Positions 37,821-50,886 of a stretch of 64,000 nt of DNA are shown here, one piece after another. The notes beneath the pieces are model-generated. The model was not told where the DNA came from. It did not search any database and saw only the letters and a list, made by a program, of their open reading frames with translations. A program made the translations under genes and the position numbers. Numbering within the stretch: the stretch's first letter is position 1; each line of letters opens with the position of its first letter. The DNA lies in contig OU015569.1 of the NCBI GenBank assembly GCA_907165135.1, forward strand, positions 1,860,001 through 1,924,000, read 5' to 3'. The stretch is from Oikopleura dioica (lineage: Eukaryota; Animalia; Chordata).

Positions 37821-39515
37821 ATGAGGATCAAATTTCGAGAGCTTTTCAATGTCATATATTTTATTGTGTTAGCGTTTTTGACCTTTCAAGTTGCGAAGAG
37901 AATCTTTCAAGAAAACTTCGAAATCATTCGAAAACACAATGAGCAGATCACGAAGTGGAAGCTGCTTATTATCGCTAATAGTGAGGATTGGCAGATTGTA
38001 CAGGTACTGATCTTTGTCATTGATGATTTCTGACGTTATGCTCTAGCAACAATACATAGATTTGCTTCGTCGAAAACTTCCGTCATTCGAATTTGAATTC
38101 GATTTTTTCCAGTCACCCAAGAATTCTAAATTTAATCTCGGCGATGTTTACATGCCAACAATGGCCATCCCAGCGAACTTTTTGATTCTCTTTCCAAAGC
38201 TGGACTTCTTGAAGATCGGATTTCTTCTCTCCCGCGAAATCGGCGTTTGCGCCAAGCCTATGGCGGGCAGCGATGACGTAAAATCGTGGAAAGACATGGG
38301 CAATTTTTACGAAAACGAAAATGCTGTCGACAGGCCGGACAATCCAAAGTTCGAATTCGCAGGGAGCCTGATAGAGTGCGACGGGCCACTTATCTTCGAC
38401 CAGAACGTGAAGACATTTATCGACTTGGAAATCGACGTCCGTTCCTTCAACTCTCCAACCGGCTTCTCAGACGCTGCTCGGAAGAAGTACTGGCCTCGCG
38501 AATTCATCCTCAAAGAAGTACCGAAAATCCCTTTTCACCAGTTTCATTCTCCTTCCGAGCCTATTCGATTCACTCACATTCCAAACGACGCCTGCCAAAA
38601 AATAGTCTTCCCCGTTTTTGTCAAATCTACTGTTACCAAAGTTGGTCTGCGCAATCTCATCCGCGAGAACTTTAAACTCTGGAACATTGATAGCGGCAAA
38701 CTTTTCTTCATCTTCGGCGAAACAACCCAGTCTTCCAGAGAGGCGCTAGAAAACGAGATCCAAAAGTACGACGATATCATTATCACAAGCTACGAGGACA
38801 CTTACGACAATTTACCATACAAGACATTCGGCGCGTATAAATTCATTGAAGAATATTGTAATCTGTAAGAATCTTTTATGAAGATCTTGTTGATGAGTTT
38901 TAGGGCTTCTTGGATCATCATTCATGACGACGATACATTCATCAAATACGAGCGGCAGTACGAAATCTTCAAGCGATCTAATTTCTTCCCAAAAGAGCAC
39001 CTACAGTGTATGTACGGCTACTTCACAGAAGAAGCGCCACTGAGATGGTCAAAGTACGGAGTTGGCTTTCGCGAATATCCCTTTGGCTACTACTACCCGA
39101 AATTTTGCCACGGGCCCTGCATGTCGGTAAGTTTGAATTCTAACGAAAGAGACTCGATTTGAACTATTCAGTTGTCAAAAGCAGCTGCTTCGAAAATTTA
39201 CCATCAAGCAATGATCACAAATTGGAATGGAATTATCCTTGAAGATGTTCTCTTCAGGAACAGTGTCCAAAGCGGGCAGATATACAATACAACAACGACA
39301 AATTAGGCTGCACAAAATTAAAAAAAAGTAAAATTTGAACACTGTAAACAAGTGGTATCATCCGTGAGTTGGCGAATGTAACCTCGATGGACATCGAGCG
39401 CGGAAGCTGCGAGCACATCTCCAGCCGTTTACCCTCCAAAGAAGCCGCTTTTCAAAAACTTTTAGACGCGTCGCGGAGAAAAGCTGGCGTTTCTAAACAA
39501 CCCTCGCCCGGATAA
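37821..39515 (+). CDS. Glycosyltransferase family 31 (beta-1,3-galactosyltransferase-like), type II membrane
   Basis: N-terminal TM anchor, then PVFVKST, YEDTYDNLPYKT, IIIHDDD, YPKFCHG and LEDVLFSGIIRE. Four introns, one of them GA-AG (39258-39352). Confidence 0.85.
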
Positions 39516-40788
39516 CGAATTTCCATAATTCAAAAGCAAGAACCATTAACTCTGACAGCACGCTGACGTTTGGGTCCTTATCCTTATCTTTGTGGACTCG
39601 TTAGCTAATTGTATTTTTCTCAAGCAACTGACAATAAAGAAAACCTCAACTGCACAATGTGATATGCATCGAATAATATGACGTATAAAGAGTCTTAAAT
39701 TGAGAGACTGATTATGAAATTGAAGTAGCATCTTTAATTTGGATGAAAAACTGCAAAATAGCTGCAAAAAAAACAACAAAAGACACATATTTTTGAAGAA
39801 TCAACTTTAGCATTCAAAAATAAGTTGAGATTTGAGAAATTGATTTTATTCAGAGTTCCGGAATGGTGATGGAAGTGTCCGGTATCGTCTCTCCTTTCTT
39901 TCTGCTGAACGGAGAGTCAGAAAGTTACTGCAAGAATCGGCAGCAATTGGTCTCCAGCAAGGATAATTTTCCAAACAAGTTGTCAATCGTTCCTAAATTT
40001 ATTTTATTTCAGAGTTCGTTTACGTTTCTAACTTACGTGTATTTTTTGCCTTTTCGGACTTTTTCAGCCTCTCGAAAGAGGTGAATGAAAAATTCTGAAA
40101 ACAGTCGGAGCGGAGGCTCGATTCTAGAGACGCAGTAGTGTATTTTTGACATTAACAATAAATTTTGATTCTCTGTTCTCGGGTATGAAAAATCTAGTTC
40201 TACGAACAATTATCCAAGTTTTAACAGTGTTTTTTGAATGCTTATGAAAGTTAGTTCAATGAATTTCAACATTGATAAATCGGCGCTAACAAACTCGGCA
40301 CGTTCAAGGTTCACGAAAGGGACTTGGCTTCGTAGAAATGTAAATTGTCTTTGGGTAATTGAATTAAGCCGCAATCGTCATCGAGAGCGATTCCGGTTTG
40401 CGTCAGAGCTGGCGCTGCTTTAACATGCTTCTAAATATTTGTTGCACGCGGTTCTCAGCGCCACCACCACGAATTCCTCCAAGACACACTTGGAAGGCGA
40501 GAGTGATTTGATTGTTGGAAGACGAAGAGGAATGCGAGCTTTTTTCGCTCTCGCCGCTTTGGTGATAAACCAGGCAGCAGCAAAAGAAAAGATCTTCAAA
40601 CAGATTCTTACAAAAAACACAAAATGCGAGCGCGCCAGATATGCAGGAAAGAATCAAAACTGAAAATTGAGAATAAAAAAAGAGAGAGAGAGAAAAAAAG
40701 AAATTGAAAGAATTCATTTTGGTTAACTAGAAGACCGGGAAAGAAATTGAAAATGAAGAATTACATGTAGAAGCTCATATTTTGATTC

Positions 40789-42436
40789 TTGAAAGGAAAA
40801 ATCTTCCCAATGGCGCATATAATCGACGGGGAAGAGTTCTCCGGTGAGCATTTGCTCACAAAATTCACAGAGAAAGAAAGGAAGGTGATGAAGCCCAAGC
40901 ACTGCATGCGGCGGTGCTTTCGATACGCAGGTTGTGTGGCCTTCAACTACCACTACTTTGACGATTTCGACATTTGCGAGCTCTTCTCAGCAGTCGGGCC
41001 AACAATAGAGAACACTGCTAATGTCACACGAGGCTTCTTCTCCTCCGACTGCGACGTAATTGACGATTTTTATGATTACCGCATGTCCAGAGAAGTCTCC
41101 ATCATCTTCAAAAAAGTGTCTGAGTTCGTCGACGACGAAGTCAGAAAAAATCTACTCACGGATGTTTTGACAGTCAATAATCTGCGACCAGATATGAACA
41201 ACAAGTGGAATCTAACAGCGCTCGGGCGAAATGGAGATACAGGTTTGAGCGAAGCAGAACGCTTCAAGTTCCAAGTGACGGAATTTCCACTCGGTGAGCA
41301 CACCATGTGCCATTTCAAGTTCGAAGTCGACCGAGTGGTGAGAGTTAACTCGGAACGAGATAACAGTGAGTACATAAAAGAGTTCTTCGGGTCCGACGAT
41401 GTCTTTGTCGCCAATTTGTTTAAAATCAAGTGGCCCGAGAACATAGAGCTCTATGACATCGAAGCGTCCCCGTCCGACATTCGCATTGTCTCCTCGCAAG
41501 AGTACTATGGAATGAAAGGGAGAAAGGCAGATCGCGTTGATGGTAAATGCACTGCGTTAGCAGGAGAGCTCAAGTGCACTTGCGGGCCGGGTCTTTATTG
41601 GGAAGATGGAGCGTGCAAGGACGTTGACGAGTGTCAGGATGAAGATGTCGGCAACTACATCTGCGGAAAAAATCAGGAACGGGTCGAGGAAGACAATGAA
41701 AACTGAGACTGCTGCCTTCTTTAACTCGATGTAAAGGAATGCTGGAATCAGCGCGGCTCATTCAACTGCATATCATACCCAGAGCATGACGAGTTTAAAT
41801 CCGCAGCTGCTCAGCGAATCGCCATTCTTATTGCCAGACAAGGTACTATCTACAAGAAAGTCTAGAATTTTACTATTCCCAGAAAAACTGCCAAAACGAT
41901 TCGATTACTCAACATGGGTTATGAACATCATCCTCTTCATGGACGAAATCGACAACGTTTCAATCGACGGCAACTGCACTAATCCCTTCAACTATGACCA
42001 TTTCGATTCTGCTTACGACATCGCGCGCGCTGGAGACACCAATGTATCATCAAAAAGCTATCAGCAATTCCTTTATTTTCATTTATAGATCTGGTTTCAA
42101 CAGCTTTACGAGAAAGTATTCTGGGTCTTCAAAGATTGCGACAAGTACGGGCGGATGAAAGAGTATTTCCGAAAAGTCCGCCGCCTCTATCGCCAAGGAG
42201 TGCGCTCTGGCAAAAATCCCGACATGTTTACCGACTTGAACGAGGAACACATGCTCGCGAAGTTTTCCTCGGCTGACTACGAAGAAGAAAATTACGAAGA
42301 CTACTTCCAGGAGCGCTCAAGGAAACTAGAATCAAAGTTGATATCTGCGCCTCGAAAGGAAGACCACCATCAAGCAGCTCGAAATGAATTCGAAAGCATC
42401 GACTGGAGCTGGACGGATGACTACAATTGGTCGTAG
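40789..42436 (+). CDS. PAN/apple-domain and calcium-binding EGF-domain protein
   Basis: PAN-like CMRRCFRYAGCVAFNY...CEL; EGF CTCGPGLYWEDGAC and cbEGF DVDEC...C...CWNQRGSFNC, completed across a GA-AG intron (41677-41736). Start uncertain. Confidence 0.7.
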
Positions 42437-42520
42437 ATATGTTTTATATTCACTGTACATTTTTGAGATAGCTGTAATATAACTGTAACATATACTGAAG
42501 CCGGGCTGTGAATTGATGAA

Positions 42521-44577
42521 CTAGCTGTGGTAGTCGACGACGTAAGCGAGCACGCCGAGGGGTTGGCCGATGATAATTTGAGTCCACACGAGCATGTTTC
42601 CGTAGCTTGGTCCCAGCTTTTCTCCGATGACTAGGCGATGTTAAAAGAGTTTAAGTATTGAGATGCTTTCATGAGAAAATTTTAAAACTTACAAGTAGTG
42701 ATTGGCTGCATCGGGATTTGTGTGATCATCCCAAAGAAGGAGTAGAATCGAAGTCTTTGAAGAGGAACAGAGATGAAAAGCTCGTGCATTACGGCAGAGA
42801 ACAGGAAAACTGCGCAAGCGGTCATCGCTTTTGAGCAGCCTGCACGAAGAAGAGGTTTGTAGAGATGGCGAACACACCATTTGTGCACAGGAATATTCCA
42901 AGCTTGCCAAAAGTACTGCACGTCCTTAAAAAATGAGTTTTTGGCTTTCACGTTAAAATTTTACCGTAGCGTTCCACCAGTCGCGGTAAAATTCGCGATC
43001 GCCAAATCGAAGCAACTCGGCAAGAAAGTTGAGCCAGGAATGAAAAATCAGGAAGAAAGCGCAGAACCAGACAATGTTGTTAGACACGGACATGGCGAGA
43101 AGATGATAAAGAAACTTTTGAGGACTTTCTTAGTCTCGGTTTTTAAATTTCCTTTGCGATGACGTGAAAAGATAGAATATCGGATATAAAACCGTGCCTG
43201 ATCCATCAACAGCAGCTCTGTCCATATGTGGCATCAGCCACTGCTGGATAAGCGCAATCATGAGCCAGAATAGAAAGAGAGTTTCAAACAGCCGCTTGAA
43301 AAGAAAATAAGGACGGACTTTCTCGGTTCGTGGGTATTCCATTTCATAGCACAAGGTCGGCGCCAGGATAAAATAATACAGATTCGCGGTAGTCAGATTA
43401 TTCGGATACATCATTTCAACTTGTTGATCATTATCACCAGTAGCTGTTGGCATTGAGAACCGTCGTTTTCTTTTTCGATTTTGTTTCGCGTTTTCGCTTG
43501 TTACTGTAGCTGACTTAGCACTGTACCAGCGATTTGCCTGTGCATATGACCACATCTACGATATTTCTTTGTCAGTTTTCAAAAAAATTTACCTTGAGGA
43601 AAAAAACGATAGAGAAAATTATACTGATAAACGAGGGAATGGGCATTTCCGGAGCCAGAAGAACTTGAATGCAAGGAGCAATAACGATGAGTAGACAGTT
43701 GACTACATGTGCAGTTTTTCCAGTTGATTCAGAAAGATTGCCCTGTGCCATTTGCCGCTCGATGTGCAGACTGACCAACGCGAAGAGGTTGATCTCGATA
43801 AATATCCAGGTGTTAGTCCAATGCATTGGGTCCTTTGCTAACTCCCAGAAAGAAGGCAGTACATGAATTCGAAATCCAAATGTCACAAGATTCTCCACAA
43901 ACAGTCTAAAAGCAATGATTACCTTCTTGGACATCTACGCAAACATTTGGTAATCTCCGAGTTATGCAACGCGAACTTTGATATGTTCCGAAAGGAGCCT
44001 TCTGAATAATATTTACCCGTCTAGATTTAACTTGTTTTCGAAAATGATGACGTTAAATTTCTGATGAAATTATTTCAGAATAACAATAAAATTGGCTCTA
44101 GAAATGATATGAAACTAAATATCTCAAGTTTACCTTACATTGGCGAACAAAAGCATTACTTTGAGCAAGTTGATAAAGCCCGAGAAGTTCTCCCAGTTGC
44201 TGGCGGATGACATCAACGATGGACGACTTTCATGGCAGATTTTGGTCTTTCTCTTTTCGTAGTCAGGAATGTTCGATCCAGAAGAGTACAAATTCTGCTG
44301 CGATTTAAAATTCTCTTCATGCACATCAGAGATAGACCTTTGGCTCAAGAAGCGACGACGTATTTCGTTAGCTGAAGTACTTTAACATTCTCAATTTTAA
44401 ATAAAAACATACATTTGAAGGCTTGCGGAGCCATCTTCTAGCTCTGAGGTCTCCACTCGAGATCTGGGGCAGAGAGTTGTGTACCTGAACTGTGCTGCAT
44501 GCGTATTAGCTGCAAATAAGGTAATGCAAATAAGACTGCTGATGATCGAGGTTAAGATTGAGCAAATACCCTTCCAT
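42521..44577 (-). CDS. DGAT1: Diacylglycerol O-acyltransferase 1 (MBOAT)
   Basis: [14 protein letters not shown]|[47 protein letters not shown] and GQPLGVL match DGAT1. First exon tentative. Confidence 0.92.
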
Positions 44578-44772
44578 CCTGCGTATTTTTGACCGGAAAT
44601 CGATAAGACAGAAGTCTGTCGTTTATGATGTCAAGTTCACTTTGATCACAATCCATCGCTAGCGGCAAAATAAGGTGATGTTTACTAAAGCCACCGCCCG
44701 AATTAAAAAATCAAAATCGCTTCACACATTCTCCTTAAAGAAAGAGATCGCAAGCGAAAAGAGCAACAAAAG

Positions 44773-45671
<899 letters not shown>

Positions 45672-45854
45672 GCTGCGAAATGCGTTATCACTTGCGAAAC
45701 ATTTTCAATTATAAGCCTGCAAAGAGTAGTCATTGATCCTGATTCTACACGTATTTATCTGTAATAAAAATGAAATCATAAGAAAAAGAAAGAGAGAAAC
45801 GAGTTCACACTTTCAAATCGAGTTTGGCGGCCAGTTCAAGTTCATATTTATTCT

Positions 45855-46777
45855 TTAAACAGAGTCAAGGACTGGTGGTTCGTAGGAATCAACGACTTGT
45901 CCGTCATTGGCACCGCCTTTGACGACCTTGCCGGACTCGCCGTGCATATCCAAAAGCTTGGACATATCGAATCGGGGCTTCTTGAGGACCTTCACTTTTC
46001 GGATGTAGACATCGTGGAGAGGGTAGGTGGAGGCGGCGGCCTTAAGGATCTCCTGACCAATAGAGTCGGGGAGAAGCTTGGCGACAATGTTCTTGATGTC
46101 GGAGGTGGAGACCTAGACAGATGCTATCATCAAGAACGAATGATAGAGTTCGATGAAATTACCTCTCGTCGCATGATGGTCATCATCTTCTTTCGGATGG
46201 TTCGGACCTGGGTGGTCTGAGCGTAGGTGGTCTTCTTGACCTGGTTCTGTCGCTTCTTGGTGAATCCGACAGCGAAGAGTCGAAGCTTGTATCTAATGAG
46301 ATCTTTAGAACCTTGTTGCACTGAGTTCAGGCGACTTACCCGTCAGTGGAGGTGACGTCAACGTGGGCCTCGATCTTGGTCTGCCACTTCTTGATCATGG
46401 AGCACTGCTTGTCGCGGGTGAGCTCCATACCGTGGAAGTTGGTGAGACAGTTGTCGCCCTGAACCTCCTCGCAGATGAGTCGGAACTTCTTGTAGGTGGA
46501 CTCGTCACCGTGGAGGTCAGCCTGGTTGACTTCGTAAACTCGGCCTCGGAGACCGTCAGCGGCAAGCTATAACGAGTGGTTAAGTTTGGTCGCAATTGAT
46601 AAAAAAAAGCACCTTGGTACCGGCAGATCGAGTGACGAGGGTCTGGCCAACAGTTCGGGTCTTGAAAACAGCTGGGGCCTTGACCTTGTACCATTCCTTC
46701 TTGGTGAAGGGATCAACGATCTTCTTCTTGTTACCCTTTCGGCCCTTGGTCAGTCTCTTGTTCTTACCAACCGCCAT
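45855..46777 (-). CDS. RPS3A: 40S ribosomal protein S3a (eS1)
   Basis: [12 protein letters not shown]...[14 protein letters not shown]; [14 protein letters not shown]; [15 protein letters not shown]; four exons, GT-AG. Confidence 0.98.
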
Positions 46778-46876
46778 GTTGGGTTAATGAATCCGTTAGA
46801 TCTAAATAATGATCAATTACAGAGAGGGCGTTGCAAGAACGGAATTTAACGGAATTAGGAGAAGAGGAAAGCAGAT

Positions 46877-48897
46877 TCAGGATTGGTTGGAATTATTTTC
46901 CGAGTTGATGCATTTTTGCAGCTCTTCGTAGTGATCAAACAGTTGCTGAGGGTTCATGCACTCTCGTAAAAAGCAATGGTCCAGCAGTTGTTCGTAGTGC
47001 GCCCGGTCGATGGGGTCTTTCTGAACAAAGGCATGAGGCACAGCAGCAATTAAATGTTGATTACCTTTAAGCACAGCGATATGAAATGTGCGCAGGACTC
47101 TGGGAATCGATCATCTTGGTCGAGGCCAGGAGGCGGGTCCTCCATGACCATTTTAAGAATATCGAACTGTGTAGAAGCGTTTGTGAAGGGGTGTTTTCCG
47201 TCGGCAAGCTCAATGAGGGAAACACCCAGACTCCAGATGTCTGACTTGAATGTATACCCCTCTAAAAATTAGATGAAATTAAAAAACTTCACTTGAGGCA
47301 AATTTTGATAAAAAATTTTTTCGTGCTCAGAAGAAAGAGCAGAAAATTCTGAGTTGAATGGGCTAGATTTGACCCGAAAACTTTAACTTAATGACCCCAA
47401 AAATTGCGTAACAAAGTCCAAATTAGGGCATTTTTGGTAAACTTTTGGGGAACTTTTAAGGGGGTTTCCGTTGGACTTATTCGACGTTCTATAGCTCAAA
47501 AGAATCGCCGTCAAAAATTGAGGGGGGGTTTTTAAGGGTTTTGAAAAAACTTAAGAAAAAAATTTTGACCATTTTTCGACCGGTCGGTTTGAAGGTGTTT
47601 CTCTTGGAATTTTTCAAAATCCGCAAAAACCCCCCCTCAATTTTCGATGACAATTCTTATGAGCCCAAGAACGCCGAGAAAGTCAATCAAAAACCCCTTC
47701 AAATCGGCCCCAAAGTTTTTTGAGGAAAATGACTCATAATGACGTCATTTCAAAAAATTATAGAGCCGGAAGTAGACCAATCGACTCAGAATTTTCTACT
47801 CTTTCATATGGGGCCATAAAATTTTTCTGAAAAATTTTGCCTCAAATGAGGTTTTTTAATTTCATCTTAGATAACAGCATACTCAAAAAAAGCAGTTATT
47901 TACCTCCGGCCTTGATTCTTTCAGGACTCATGTAGGGCTTGCAGCCGACATTGGTCTTAGCCATCGAATTCACCAAATTGCCGGCAATGCCGAAGTCGCA
48001 GACGAGGATCGAGACCGTGCTCTCCTGCTTCTTTATGAGAATGTTCGACGGCTTGATATCTCGGTGCATCATCTTTTTTTCGTGAAGAAATTTTATCGCG
48101 TTTAGGACAGCATGCGCCACAGATGCTAGACACTTTTATTGAATTTGAGTATTCTAAGTTCTTTGGATAAATGTTTGATAACTGGAGTGGGAAAAGGATG
48201 CGATAAATATGTTTGGCTCACCTAGAACAAAGTCATTGACACAGAGCTCGTATTGATGGGCTTTTTTATAATATAGGTCGAGGGACATGTCGCACAGTTC
48301 CATGCATATCAGGATTTCACCCTCTTTGAAAAGCGCTCCCAGATAGCTGACTGTATATGGACACTCTATTGTCGATTTGTTTACTTCAAGATCTTTCATC
48401 ATTGTTTTTTGTTCCTAGGGAACCTATCAATTAAGAAAAGAGAGCGCAGAACTTACATTATTGTCATCCTGAAATGTGATGTGCTTGACAGCGAAGACGT
48501 AGTCCGGATGAGTCCTGAGAAATGACCGAGTGACGATGCCAAAGGTCCCTTGGCCGATGTGTTCGATGTCGACGAGGTCGCGAGCATTAACATTCTGCGA
48601 AGTGCCGTCGGGAAATATTAGAGGCGCCTGCACATTGGGGATCCACCCATCTGTTCTGTTCGGCTCTCGGTTTGAAGTTTGCAGGGGGATTTTAAGCTAG
48701 AAAGACAGTAAGAATCGGGGTATTCGCAGAGGACTTACTCTGGGCCCTCTTCGGTGGAGTGCAAAGTGCTTATCTACTTAGAATTAGACGCTTTCGCGAG
48801 AAGTGATAAACAATAAAATTTGATAAGAAGATGCACCCCACCTATTTTTCTTCGCTTTCGCCTTTTTGGTCGACAAGGGTCGTTGCTCGTCACTCAT
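46877..48897 (-). CDS. MAP2K3/6: MAP kinase kinase of the MKK3/6 (p38 activator) type
   Basis: CPYTVSYLGALFKEGEILICMEL, HRDIKPSNIL, CDFGIAGNLVNSMAKTNVGCKPYMSPERI (SxxxT loop; GCKPY is MKK3/6-like), SDIWSLG, and D-site RRGPRLKIPL. First-exon junction unresolved. Confidence 0.88.
47271..47867. mobile_element. ~600-bp degenerate fold-back (long inverted repeat) element filling a MKK3/6 intron
   Basis: 47271-47302 matches the reverse complement of 47836-47867 at 30/32 positions. Similarity continues inward (47337-47365 vs ~47772-47800; ~47439-47533 vs ~47624-47719). Host intron 47262-47903. Confidence 0.8.
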
Positions 48898-49015
48898 TTC
48901 GACTCCTAGCCATTTACGCAGGGCTCAATCTAAAGCAAAGGACGATAAATTGCTGCTCGATGGGGCTTGATTCCGAAGAGGCCGAGGAACTTGTTGCAAA
49001 CACACAAAAGAAAAA

Positions 49016-49799
49016 TTACTTCTTTCTTGGGGCAGCGTTCTTGGCAGCTTCGGCGGCGTCCGCGGCCTTCTTGACTCGGGCACCCTGGAGCTTGGCGTTG
49101 GCACGGGCCATTCGGAGAGCCTGGAAAACGGAGTGCTTCTTCTCCTCGGCGGTGATAGCTCGGGCCTAATGAACAAATCAGTGGCTTGTCATCATAAAGA
49201 TAGACTTACGGGTTCCTGGGCGGTGAAGACGTGGTCCTGTCGGATTGGGAGCTGAGGAACCTGAGTGGCGGTGGCGAGTTCTTCGGCAGAGGAGTCGCCC
49301 TTGCCGGCCTTACCAGCCTTTCGTGGGAAAACGATGAGCTAAAACAAAAGTTAGACTAGTAACTAATGAGGGTGATTCACCTTGGATCGGTACTCCTTCA
49401 GTCGAGCAACGTTGGCCTGAAGACCTTCGACGGACTTGTTTCGTCGTCGAGAGTCAATGGCGATGCCAAGCTGTCGGGCTTCTCGGACGGTGAATCCGGC
49501 TCCCTTGAGTTCGTCTTGGGTGAAACCTCGTCCAGCTCGGACTCGGATGTTGTATCGAGCAGTCTGGCATCGGACAATTGGTCGAAGAGCGCCTCCGGAC
49601 GGTCGTGGGGCAATAGCGGCGGCCTACAACAGAAATAAGTAGGTTTGAATAACTCACAGAGGGTTTTCCTTACCTTGTCCTTTCGGGCATTTTGTCGTCG
49701 CTCCTTTCGAGCGGGCTGGTTGAACCAGGTTCGGACTCTTCGCTTCCAGTCCTTATGGAAGTGGGCGTTGGCCAGAATGTTGTTCCTTTTGCCAACCAT
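49016..49799 (-). CDS. RPL13: 60S ribosomal protein L13 (eL13)
   Basis: [56 protein letters not shown] and [10 protein letters not shown]; four exons, GT-AG. Confidence 0.98.
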
Positions 49800-49868
49800 G
49801 GCTTTTTGGTCCGAGCTCTGAAATTGAACAGTCGTTAGTTCTGTGTTAAAACAAGTAGTCTCTTTGCA

Positions 49869-49946
49869 GATTAAATAAGTTGGTGCCCTTAAACAGGTTA
49901 TATATCAGTTTCATCCCTTTTCGGGATTAAATAAGTTGGTGCCCTT
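49869..49946. repeat. Two exact 22-bp direct repeats GATTAAATAAGTTGGTGCCCTT
   Basis: Copies at 49869-49890 and 49925-49946, at the 3' end of the small snoRNA-host ORF. Confidence 0.8.
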
Positions 49947-50416
49947 TTCAGGTGGAATATCGATGTCGAACCCTTTTAGGGTCAACTTCAGGGAGAACTT
50001 GTGCCTGAAAGGAAACGTTAGTTTATATTTTTTGCAAGATATCATTAAATAATATATGATTTAAGTAGACACCTCAGCAACAGTGTATAATCTTGATCAA
50101 GCAGGGGTTGTCACGCTGTTCTAGTGGTCTCTGGGAGCCAATCAAAATAACTTTGGTAGCTTCCAGAAGAGCTTGACAGAAATCCAAAAGTTCTGGAATA
50201 ACTTGAGGTGACTGACAATCCAAAAGAAATCACGAGAGCCCGAGCTTGATGTACTCATAGAATGGATTTACTATTGTCATCATAGGCGTTTACACTTGTA
50301 AATTTAAATGAAACTTACACGTTCGGATGATTCTGAAGATGACCTTTCTCTACTTCAGCGTTGACCGGGTATTCCGTCCAGGAGGGCAGCATTCGCCCTA
50401 TTACGCGGATGAGCAT
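49911..50416 (-). CDS. Putative 63-aa two-exon ORF hosting snoRNA A (may be a non-coding host)
   Basis: Removing GT-AG intron 50005-50318 gives an in-frame join: MLIRVIGRMLPSWTEYPVNAEVEKGHLQNHPNVHKFSLKLTLKGFDIDIPPEKGTNLFNPEKG, then stop. No motif recognised. Confidence 0.35.
50069..50289 (-). ncRNA. Long box C/D snoRNA A (221 nt), SNORD17-like
   Basis: Terminal stem ACGCC/GGTGT; C box ATGATGA 50283-50277; guide CAATAGTAAATCCATTCT; D' ATGA 50258-50255; D box CTGA 50077-50074. Lies inside intron 50005-50318. Confidence 0.8.
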
Positions 50417-50886
50417 TCGCCCATTTCTCAAATTTTCAAATCACATCTAAAATAGTTAAGAAATTAGTTTCTTGTCGAATGCGCCGAAGAAAACGGCTGA
50501 AATTGAAGTTCTTGGAATAAATAGATAACTGTGAACTGATAAAACAGAACGGGAGGAATGTGAAGAACACTTTTTGCGCTTTAGTACTCGAAGAATTTGA
50601 GCATTCGCGCTTACTTTGTTTGAGAAGATAGGTGCTTGCTTTCAACAGTTGTGATACAGAACGAGTGAATAAGAGGGGGTGAAAGTACAGAAGGTCGGAT
50701 CAGTCGTGAATCAAGAGGAATTAGAAACAATAAGCAAAACTACAGCTCGATCGAAATGGCGGTTTGTTCGCGGTGTAACATTGAAGAATCATTTTGTTTT
50801 GTTTTTGGGTTGCAATTGAAGTTGGGATTGAAGAAAAGAATAAATAAAAACTACCCGCGATGGAGCCACTTCTGGAGCTTTTCGCT

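Noticed and set aside
39870-40720. Cys spacing and a signal-like stretch on the minus strand reminiscent of an insulin-like peptide
   Set aside because: Cys spacing does not fit B-chain or A-chain patterns, and no consistent exon chain could be built.
48770-48845. First MKK3/6 junction also lacks a simple GT-AG solution
   Set aside because: The N-terminus is not conserved enough to fix the start or frame, so I did not count it as evidence.
49869-49946. 22-bp repeat considered as SL RNA or Sm-site RNA genes
   Set aside because: No leader-plus-donor arrangement or Sm site; it is a local duplication of the small ORF's 3' end.
50030-50300. Reading frame with two in-frame TGA codons suggesting a selenoprotein or NUMT
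   Set aside because: The region is better explained as an intron containing a box C/D snoRNA; the TGAs include box motifs.
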